From Thermoplasmata archaeon (GTDB lineage Archaea; Thermoplasmatota; Thermoplasmata; Lutacidiplasmatales; UBA184), in NCBI GenBank assembly GCA_035945215.1, contig DASZAJ010000007.1, forward strand, positions 136,761 to 200,760: a stretch of DNA of 64,000 bases. Reading direction: 5' to 3'. This document shows, in pieces, positions 35,153 through 42,682 of the stretch (position 1 is the first letter of the stretch; every line of letters begins with the position of its first letter). A program made the position numbers and the translations under genes. The notes under the pieces were generated by a model. It had not been told where the DNA came from, did not search any database, and was given only the letters and a program-made list of their open reading frames with translations.

Positions 35153-35869
35153 GTGGTGAGCCTGTACTTACCGGCGCTTCTCGTCGCCTTCGTGATCACG
35201 GTGACCGAGATGACCGAGGTCGTGGCGGTGGTCTTCGCCTTGAGTTCCGACGCCCGATCGCTCGGGCATGGGGCCGCCGGAGCCGCGGCCGGAACGGGCG
35301 TCGTGGCCGCCCTGGCGCTGGGTTTCGGCGCCCTCCTGATCTCCCTTCCCCGGTCGGACCTGCTTTGGGGGGCCTCGATCGTGCTCTTCGCCTTTGGGAT
35401 ATTCCTGTTCCGCAGCACCCTGCGCTCGTACCGACGGCATCGGTCGGCCGGAACGGGCCGGTCCGGTCCGGTCGGAACGACCGGGAATGAACGCGTTCTC
35501 CAGTTCGGCGGGGGGTTTGTCGTGGGGGCCATCGAGGCGACGGAAGCGGTCATCGTGCTCGTGGCCCTCGCGGCGGCGGGCTACGGCCTTTCGGCGGTGG
35601 CGGGGGCCCTGCTCGGGGGCGCGATCCTCGTCGCGGCGGCGCTGCTCGTTCACCAGCGGATCCGGCGGATCAAGGTGCCCACGCTCAAACTCGGTGCCAC
35701 GGCCATGTTGTTCACCTTCGCGCTCTTCTGGGGCGGGGAGGCGGCGAACGTGACCTGGCCGGGTTCGGACCTGTTCCTCATCCCGATCTTCCTGGGGGCG
35801 ATTCTCGCGGTCCGAGGAACTGTGGAGGCGCTTCTCCGACGGGACCTTCGGGTCGAGGCGAACGGTTAA
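35153..35869 (+). CDS. Integral membrane protein with an internal two-repeat architecture (uncharacterized)
   Basis: About 7 TM. The two halves each start with an acidic TE motif in a helix (VTEMTEVVAVVFAL and AIEATEAVIVLVALA). No confident family. Confidence 0.5.
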   Translation: MVSLYLPALLVAFVITVTEMTEVVAVVFALSSDARSLGHGAAGAAAGTGVVAALALGFGALLISLPRSDLLWGASIVLFAFGIFLFRSTLRSYRRHRSAGTGRSGPVGTTGNERVLQFGGGFVVGAIEATEAVIVLVALAAAGYGLSAVAGALLGGAILVAAALLVHQRIRRIKVPTLKLGATAMLFTFALFWGGEAANVTWPGSDLFLIPIFLGAILAVRGTVEALLRRDLRVEANG

Positions 35870-35894
35870 GGCCCGACGCCCCGAGCGATTCGGC

Positions 35895-37253
35895 ATGCGG
35901 CGCCGCTCGTCCGAGGACGACGAGCCCGAGCCGGAAGACGGCGACGAGGAGCCGGATGATGAGCCGTCGGGACCGCCGCGGAACCGCACCCGTCTGACGC
36001 GGGCCCGCCGGGCGCTGCGCCCCTGGAACGCGACCTCAAAGGCCCCCCCTCCCTCCGAACCCCCCGATCGGATCGACGAGGAGTCGGAGGATTCCGAGGA
36101 GCCCCCGCCGGGGCTCTTCCACCGGGTCCGCGCGCCGGTGTTCTTCCGAGCGCGGGACACGGTCTGGTTCGAGCCCCTGGTCGCTCTCGCCATCGTCGTC
36201 CTCATCCTCGTATCGTTGTACGCGTACACGACCAACTGGCCGCCCGCCTATGTCATCGAGTCGGACAGCATGCAGCACGGGGCCACCGACCAGGTCGGCC
36301 TCATCAACACGGGCGACCTGGTGCTGGCGCAGCGAGTGAACGCCTCCCTGGTCACCCCCTACTTCCCGGCGGAATCCTCTGGCTACCGGACTTACGGCGA
36401 GTACGGGGACGTGATCCTGTACCACCCGAATGGAGACCCAAACCAGGCGCCGATCATCCATCGCGCGATCCTCTCCATCGAATACGACGCCTCGAACCAC
36501 ACCTACTCGATACCCGCCTTGAGCGGTCTGGCGTGCGGCAATGCCCCGGGTGCGGCCTATCGCGTAGCCGCCCATCTTTCCGGATGCGGAGCCACGGGCG
36601 TGACTGGCGAGCTCACGCTGTACGGAGTCGGCTGGACCCACGCGATCGTGAACATCTCCCTCACCCAGGGCGTCTTGGGGGCCCATTCGGGCTTCCTGAC
36701 GATGGGCGACAACAACTACCTGCCCGGGAACCCAACGCAGGGGGAACCCGATCAACCGGTCTTCAGCACGCTTGTCGAGCCGGGCTGGGTAGTGGGCGTG
36801 GCCCGCGGGATGATACCGTGGTTCGGCGCCCTGAAGCTCCTGCTTTCCGGGGACGCCGGGATGGTGCCCGCCCAGTCCTGGGAATGGCTCGCCATCACCC
36901 TCATCGGCACCCTCCTGGCGGCCATGGGCATCCACTACGCCCTTCGGGCCGAAGGGATCGAGGACGAACGCCGGAAGGCCGATGAGGAGGAGGAAGAGGA
37001 TGAGCGGGAGGAGGAGGGCCGACCGCCCAGACGGTGGCGGACCTTGGTTCCGTGGCGAAGATCCCGCGACGATGATGACGCCGATGAGGAGGAGGAAGCT
37101 CGGCCACGACCTCGGAGAGGTAGGGCGCCTCCGGTGGAGGTTCGAAGGAGCGGGACCGATCGAAGAGCCCACCGCGGCGGTCGACCCAGGCCCTCGGTCG
37201 GTCGGCGGCGCGCTCGACGTCATCAACCCCCCTCCCGTTCCGACGAACTCTAG
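35895..37253 (+). CDS. Type I signal peptidase (S26/Sec11 family), with acidic N-terminal and charged C-terminal tails and a ~60-aa insertion
   Basis: Box B is ESDSMQHG (Ser), box C is GDLVL, box D is IIHRAI (His), and box E is MGDNNY (Asp). There are N- and C-terminal TM anchors. The N-terminus is EDDEPEPEDGDEEPDDEP and the C-terminus is EEEEEDEREEEGRPP followed by an R-rich stretch. Confidence 0.75.
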   Translation: MRRRSSEDDEPEPEDGDEEPDDEPSGPPRNRTRLTRARRALRPWNATSKAPPPSEPPDRIDEESEDSEEPPPGLFHRVRAPVFFRARDTVWFEPLVALAIVVLILVSLYAYTTNWPPAYVIESDSMQHGATDQVGLINTGDLVLAQRVNASLVTPYFPAESSGYRTYGEYGDVILYHPNGDPNQAPIIHRAILSIEYDASNHTYSIPALSGLACGNAPGAAYRVAAHLSGCGATGVTGELTLYGVGWTHAIVNISLTQGVLGAHSGFLTMGDNNYLPGNPTQGEPDQPVFSTLVEPGWVVGVARGMIPWFGALKLLLSGDAGMVPAQSWEWLAITLIGTLLAAMGIHYALRAEGIEDERRKADEEEEEDEREEEGRPPRRWRTLVPWRRSRDDDDADEEEEARPRPRRGRAPPVEVRRSGTDRRAHRGGRPRPSVGRRRARRHQPPSRSDEL

Positions 37254-37440
37254 GCCCTGGTCGCCGGGCGGCCGGAACGGGACTAGGGTGGACCGGTTTC
37301 GCGGACCGTCCCGTAGCAGGTCAAAGCTGGTTGGAATCTTCGGAGGGCTGGCTCCGAGTGCGGGGAGCGGAAAACGATGCTTGACCCAAGTGAAGAAGGG
37401 TGGGAAGGAAAAGGTTGGACACCCGGTCGTCGGGTCTTCC

Positions 37441-38010
37441 CTACGGTATCGCCGACTGGATCGAGCCGGAGTACGATCCGGTCCCGATGATGTTCAGCGA
37501 GTACCCCTGTCCCGCGATGCTCGCGGCGGTGATCAGCACCAGCTGGTCGCCGCTTGAGATCTGGGACGTTAGGGTGAGCGTTGCGCAGGCCGTCGGGTGC
37601 GGCGGGGTCGTCGGGGGACCGGCGGTCCAGCCCGACGCCGCCACGTAGTTCCCGACCGCGCAGTTGGTCACGTCTACTAGGGTGACCGCGTTGAACGCCT
37701 GGATGGTTCCCGCCGAGTTGACCAGCTGGAACTTCAGGCTGTTCGCGGTGACCCCGGCGCTGGCCGACTGGATCGAGATCGTATAGTTGAACCCATACGC
37801 CCCGTTCGGGCCGGCCGTCGCGCGCGAGACGGCCATGGCGCTACCCAACGGCGTGTTGCCCGGCCCTCGGGTCAGCCCCGAGATCAGGACGTACAGCACC
37901 GCGGCCAGCACTACCGTGATCGCCACGAGCAAGATCGTGGCGATGATCGGCGAAACTCCCCGCTCCGACTTCTTTCGCCAGGACCCACCCCGGCTTCTCC
38001 GCTTCGTCAT
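37441..38010 (-). CDS. Archaeal type IV pilin-like protein with a class III signal peptide (Pilin_N/DUF11-type)
   Basis: MTKRRSRGGSWRKKSERG|VSPIIATILLVAITVVLAAVLYVLISG is the canonical prepilin-peptidase processing motif plus a hydrophobic N-terminal helix. The C-terminal domain is Gly/Ser/Thr/Ala-rich, with one NYT sequon. Confidence 0.85.
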   Translation of the reverse strand: MTKRRSRGGSWRKKSERGVSPIIATILLVAITVVLAAVLYVLISGLTRGPGNTPLGSAMAVSRATAGPNGAYGFNYTISIQSASAGVTANSLKFQLVNSAGTIQAFNAVTLVDVTNCAVGNYVAASGWTAGPPTTPPHPTACATLTLTSQISSGDQLVLITAASIAGQGYSLNIIGTGSYSGSIQSAIP

Positions 38011-38042
38011 CTTCGAACCTTCCTTCTATCCCCGTCCAGTTC

Positions 38043-38606
38043 CTAGGGGATCGCCGACTGGATCGAGCCGGAGTACGATCCGGTCCCGATGATGTTCAGC
38101 GAGTACCCCTGTCCCGCGATGCTCGCGGCGGTGATCAGCACCAGCTGGTCGCCGCTCGAGATCTGGGACGTCAGGGTGAGCGACCCGCACACCGCCGGAT
38201 GGGGTGGCGTGGTGGGCGGACCCGCAGTCCAGCCCGAAGCCGCTACGAAGTTCCCGACCGCACAGTTGGTCACGTCAATCAGGGTGACCGCGTTGAACGC
38301 CTGGATGGTTCCCGCCGAGTTGACCAGCTGGAACTTCAGGCTGTTCGCGGTGACGCCCGCGCTCGCCGACTGGATCGAGATCGTATAGTTGAACCCATAC
38401 GCCCCGTTCGGGCCGGCGGTGGCCCCCGAAACCGCCATGGCGCTGCCGAGCGGCGTGTTGCCCGGGCCCCGGGTGAGCCCGGAGATCAGGACGTACAGCA
38501 CTGCCGCGAGCACCACGGTGATCGCCACCAGCAGGATCGTCGCGATGATTGGCGATACCCCTCGCCCGGGCCGCTTTCTCCAAGTCCTCCCTCTCAACGT
38601 CGCCAT
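38043..38606 (-). CDS. Archaeal type IV pilin-like protein, tandem paralog of 37441-38010
   Basis: Its translation after MATLRGRTWRKRPGRG|VSPIIATILLVAITVVLAAVLYVLISG is nearly identical to the upstream copy. The internal Met is chosen by analogy with the first copy. The tool ORF has a 37-aa spurious-looking extension. Confidence 0.82.
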   Translation of the reverse strand: MATLRGRTWRKRPGRGVSPIIATILLVAITVVLAAVLYVLISGLTRGPGNTPLGSAMAVSGATAGPNGAYGFNYTISIQSASAGVTANSLKFQLVNSAGTIQAFNAVTLIDVTNCAVGNFVAASGWTAGPPTTPPHPAVCGSLTLTSQISSGDQLVLITAASIAGQGYSLNIIGTGSYSGSIQSAIP

Positions 38607-39065
38607 GTTTGGTTTCGCTCCGTTCAGGGCATTGCCCCGCAGGCGGAGTGTTTGCACAGGGGTGGTATTTGAATCCGTCGGCTTTTTTCGGCACTTTGTC
38701 GAATTGGACATCGGCATTAGTCGAATGCGTGTGAAGGGGTATCGTACGCCACACCCGTTTCGACGAGAGGACGGAGGAGGCGGCGTCGGACGGGAAGGGT
38801 CGCCGGAGGGCCCCCCGCCACCCTCGACCCTTGACCGGCCGCCCGCGATCGCGCTTGGGATGGAGCACCCCAGATGCGATCCGTCGCCAGCGGGCGGCTT
38901 GGGTATGCGATGGGAATCCCGGCCAACGAATAGTAACCGGGAACTCTCGGACCGAGGTGGGTCCGGTGGGTGCCGGACCCATCGCCGATCGCTCTCGGGA
39001 CACGGGGCTGCTCGACGGATCTCGTAACGGTTATCGGGCCACGCCGATGCAACGGGACAACGTTC

Positions 39066-40622
39066 ATGGAATTCAAGTGGCAGGTTCTCGGGGTCGTCTG
39101 CATCGGGAGCCTGATGGGCTCAATCGATAGCACGGTCCTCCTGATCGCGTTTCCGGACATCGCGAGGGAACTGAACGCCGACCTCGTGACGATGGTCTGG
39201 GTGATCATGATCTACATCCTCATGGGGACGGCGCTCGTCCTATCGCTGGGTCGCCTGTCGGACCTGAAAGGTCGCAAGCGGCTGTACAACGCGGGTTTCC
39301 TGGTGTTCGTGGCCGGGAGCCTGCTCTCGGGGCTCTCGCAGACCGGTCTCGAACTCGTCGCGTTCCGGGGACTCCAGGGGATCGGGGGGGCGATGTTGGT
39401 CGCCAACTCGTTCGCGATCCTGTCCGATGCGTTCCCGCCCAACGAGCGGGGTCGCGCCTTCGGGGTGAACTCGGTCGTATGGGGAACGGGATCAGTCGTT
39501 GGGTTCGCCCTCGGCGGCTTCATTCTCGCCGTGACGACTTGGCGGTGGATCTTCTTCATCAACGTCCCCATCGGAGTCGTCGCGATCGCCCTGGCCGCAG
39601 TGGTCTTGCGGGAGTCGGTGACCCCGGACCCCCGCGACACCTTCGATTTTGCCGCGGCGACTCTCTTCGTCTTCGGCCTCGCCCTATTTCTCCTCGGAGT
39701 GACCGAGGGGATCCTCAACGGGTGGTCGGCCCCGATCACGTGGGTCCCGCTGGCGCTTGCCGTGCCGACCTTCGCCGGATTCCTCGCCTGGGAGGGGTTC
39801 GTGAGCCGGGACCCGATCCTTCCCTTCTCGTTGTTCCGGGACTGGCTGTTCAGTGCGTCGCTACTCTCCTCGGTCCTGCAAGGGGTCGCGCTGTTCGCGA
39901 CCAACTTCCTGCTGATGGTGTACTTCCAGGGGATCCGAGGGGTCTCGGTGATCACGGCGGCCTACCTCCTGATCCCGCTATCGATTGCGCTCGGGGTCGT
40001 CGGCCCGTTCGGTGGACGGCTCTCCGACCGCTACGGGGCCCGCGTTATCTCGACGATAGGACTCCTGGTCCAAGCGAGCGCGCTATTCGGCCTCGCCACC
40101 CTCAACGCCTCGACTTCGTTATGGACGGTGGGAACCTGGGAGGCCGTTCTCGGTGTGGGCGGCGGGCTATTCTTCCCGGCCAATACCGCGTCGATCATGG
40201 CGGGGGTCCCCCGGGCGAAGTACGGGGTGGCGTCCGGGGTGATGATGACCCTGCGCAATTCGTCGATGGCCCTCAGCTTCGCAGTGGGACTCATCGCCGT
40301 CACCGCACGTCTCCCCACCGGCGTCGCGGCGGCGCTGTTCGGCGGCGCCTTCGGACCGGCGCTGGTCGCTCGCATCGGCCTGAGCCCGGCCGGCCTCGAC
40401 CTCGTCTTCCTGGCGGGGATGCGGCTCGCTTTCGAGGTCTCCGGCGCTTTTGTGGTCGTCGCAGCGCTCTTTTCAGCGCTCCGCGGGAAGGAACGGAGAG
40501 CGGGGGAGTTCATTATCGTTCACAGCCCGGCGGTGCGAGCCCCGGCGCGCTGGAGGGAACCTACGCCGCTCGAGTCTACGGCCCCGGGCGGCCTCGCCCG
40601 ACTCCCGCCGGCCGAGCCCTAG
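39066..40622 (+). CDS. MFS transporter (DHA2/EmrB-like, 14 TM)
   Basis: MEFKWQVLGVVCIGSLMGSIDSTVLLIAFPDIARELNADLVTMVWVIM...GRLSDLKGRKRLY is MFS motif A. Confidence 0.85.
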   Translation: MEFKWQVLGVVCIGSLMGSIDSTVLLIAFPDIARELNADLVTMVWVIMIYILMGTALVLSLGRLSDLKGRKRLYNAGFLVFVAGSLLSGLSQTGLELVAFRGLQGIGGAMLVANSFAILSDAFPPNERGRAFGVNSVVWGTGSVVGFALGGFILAVTTWRWIFFINVPIGVVAIALAAVVLRESVTPDPRDTFDFAAATLFVFGLALFLLGVTEGILNGWSAPITWVPLALAVPTFAGFLAWEGFVSRDPILPFSLFRDWLFSASLLSSVLQGVALFATNFLLMVYFQGIRGVSVITAAYLLIPLSIALGVVGPFGGRLSDRYGARVISTIGLLVQASALFGLATLNASTSLWTVGTWEAVLGVGGGLFFPANTASIMAGVPRAKYGVASGVMMTLRNSSMALSFAVGLIAVTARLPTGVAAALFGGAFGPALVARIGLSPAGLDLVFLAGMRLAFEVSGAFVVVAALFSALRGKERRAGEFIIVHSPAVRAPARWREPTPLESTAPGGLARLPPAEP

Positions 40623-40646
40623 CGAGAGGACTCCGGCCGGGCGGGC

Positions 40647-41591
40647 GTGGGATGGACCGCGCATCAGAAGTCTTTTCTCTCCGGTCCCGTCCTCCGCCCG
40701 GGGCGATCCTTGCACGTCATCGGTGGTCCGGCGTCGACCGCGCTGGCGGAACGGATCTCCCGAGAGCTCGGCAACGCGCCATTTGCGATCCCGTTCTCCA
40801 AGCGCTTCCCCGATGGAGAGCTCTACGTACGCATCGGGGGTCGATTGGGCGACGAGGAGGTCGTGCTCGTGCAGTCGAGCCGGACCGACCAGGACCTGAT
40901 CGAACTCTTGCTCCTCGAGGACGCGATCCGAGAGGCTGGGGCGCGCAAGCTCGTCGTAGTGGTCCCCTACTTCGGCTACTCTCGTCAGGACCGGTCGTTC
41001 TTTCCGGGCGAACCGGTCAGCGCCCGCGCGCTCTCCCGTCATATCGAGCTCCAGGCGGACGCCGTCGTCACCGTCGACATGCACTCCCCGCTCACGATGC
41101 AGTCGTTCGCGAAACCGGTCTTCGAAGCGAGCGGGATCCCGGCGATCGCCCGTCTTCTGAAGGAGCGGCCGATCGACATGCTCGTCTCACCCGACAAGGG
41201 CGGGGTCGATCGAGTGCGCCGGATGGCCGAGCTCCTGGGTCGACCTTGGATGGCGCTCGAGAAGAAGCGGATCGATAGCGACCGGGTCGAACTGGCGCTT
41301 CCCGCCAGCCCACCCATCGATCTCGAAGGTAAGCAGGTCGTCATTGTCGATGATGTGATCTCGACCGGGGGCACGATCGTCGAGGCGGCGAAGCTGCTCA
41401 GGCGGTACCGCGTTCGGGCCGTCTCGGCGGCGTGCACACACGGGTTGTTCCTTCGTGACGCCTTCGAGCGGATCAAGGCGGTGACCGATGAGCTGTTCTC
41501 GACGGACACCCTGCTCAATCCGGCCGAGAAGGCCTCCGTCGCCCCGGACGTCGCCCAGATCCTCAAGCGTGAGGTTCCCCGACTCCCCTAG
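40647..41591 (+). CDS. prs: Ribose-phosphate pyrophosphokinase (PRPP synthetase)
   Basis: VVVVPYFGYSRQDR, then ...VVIVDDVISTGGT is the PRPP-binding site. The start may be a downstream TTG (LHVIGG). Confidence 0.85.
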   Translation: MGWTAHQKSFLSGPVLRPGRSLHVIGGPASTALAERISRELGNAPFAIPFSKRFPDGELYVRIGGRLGDEEVVLVQSSRTDQDLIELLLLEDAIREAGARKLVVVVPYFGYSRQDRSFFPGEPVSARALSRHIELQADAVVTVDMHSPLTMQSFAKPVFEASGIPAIARLLKERPIDMLVSPDKGGVDRVRRMAELLGRPWMALEKKRIDSDRVELALPASPPIDLEGKQVVIVDDVISTGGTIVEAAKLLRRYRVRAVSAACTHGLFLRDAFERIKAVTDELFSTDTLLNPAEKASVAPDVAQILKREVPRLP

Positions 41592-41605
41592 GCGGGGCCA
41601 CGTTC

Positions 41606-42607
41606 GTGTCCGTCGACAGGCCCCGCCCTGCCCAGGGAGCCGCGGCGGACGAGCTGCTCGAACGGGCCCACCGCCTGCGCACGGAGTTGCTGCGCCGAGG
41701 GGAGTTCCTTCCCCCGGATTGGAGCGACGAAGCGGCTCGAGACCTCCGATCGGGGGGGCTGTCCGGTTTCTACCTATCGGGGGAAGCCGGGGCGCCCGGC
41801 CTGGCCGTGTTCTCGCAGCGGGAGGGTCATGCCTTCGCGCACGTCCACATCGACCCCGGGGACGAGACGTCCGAACGGGCGATGGCCCTGCTACAGAGCG
41901 TCCTCGGCGCCCTTTCGCCGGAGATCCGGCGCGCCGACGTCGGTCTCTCGGGCCTGGAACCCCCGGCCGAGCAGCGGCTCGCGGAGGAGGCCGTACGCCG
42001 GTTTGGCGGGGAAGCCCTCCAACGCCATTCGATGGAGCGGCGAATGGCCACACCCTTGGCCGACGGCCCGGGTCCCCCCGGGATCCCCGGTCGCATCGCT
42101 CCTTTGCGGGGCACGACGCTCGATCGATTGGCGGAGCTGAATTGGCAGTCGTACCGGGGGAGTCCCGACGAGCGACTCGCCGCGGAGTCCTTATCGGAGG
42201 AACGCCGCAGTCTGGGGGAGATCCTCGACGGTCGCCTCGGCCGCGTCGAGGAGGGCGCGTCGGGGGTCTTTCAACAAACGAAGGATCGACCCCTGGGACT
42301 GATCGTGGTCGCCGAGCAGGCGGCCGGTCGCTACATTGTGCTCGATCTGGCCGTCGACCCCGCGTACCGCCGCCAGGGGATCGGAGCCTTCCTGCTCGGG
42401 ACGAGCCTCGAGCGGCTTCGCGCCCTCGGCGCGGAGCTCGCCCGGCTTTGGGTGACCGACGGAAATCTTCCGGCGCGGCGCCTGTACGATCGGCTGGGGT
42501 TTGTTCGGGCCCAATCCGCCCTGATCTATCGTTGGAGCGCGTGGGGGCCCCCGGTCCCCGCCCGGTCGGGCGACCCGGCGGGATCCCCCAGACCCGGCGC
42601 TGGGTGA
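41606..42607 (+). CDS. GNAT family acetyltransferase (tandem/two-domain GNAT)
   Basis: The C-terminal domain is YRRQGIGAFLLGTSLERLRALGAELARLWVTDGNLPARRLYDRLGF. The N-terminal half is a second, degenerate GNAT-like domain. Confidence 0.75.
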   Translation: MSVDRPRPAQGAAADELLERAHRLRTELLRRGEFLPPDWSDEAARDLRSGGLSGFYLSGEAGAPGLAVFSQREGHAFAHVHIDPGDETSERAMALLQSVLGALSPEIRRADVGLSGLEPPAEQRLAEEAVRRFGGEALQRHSMERRMATPLADGPGPPGIPGRIAPLRGTTLDRLAELNWQSYRGSPDERLAAESLSEERRSLGEILDGRLGRVEEGASGVFQQTKDRPLGLIVVAEQAAGRYIVLDLAVDPAYRRQGIGAFLLGTSLERLRALGAELARLWVTDGNLPARRLYDRLGFVRAQSALIYRWSAWGPPVPARSGDPAGSPRPGAG

Positions 42608-42682
42608 GCTCTTGAAGGGCCCAAGTCGATCGGACCGGGCCGGCACCCAAGCGGCTATCCGTCCATTTTCCGTCTCGTCCCC

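Larger units (their letters stand above)
37441..38606. repeat. Direct tandem duplication of about 570 bp (two pilin genes), separated by a 32-bp spacer
   Basis: The two copies are >90% identical at the DNA level across the mature-pilin region. Differences cluster in the leader and a short mid-gene patch. Confidence 0.85.

Noticed and set aside
38607-38717. A 37-codon N-terminal extension of the second pilin ORF (MPMSNSTKCRKKPTDSNTTPVQTLRLRGNALNGAKPN).
   Set aside because: The first copy starts at the equivalent Met (MTKRR). The extension would place the class III leader far from the N-terminus. The sequence more likely belongs to the promoter/5' region.
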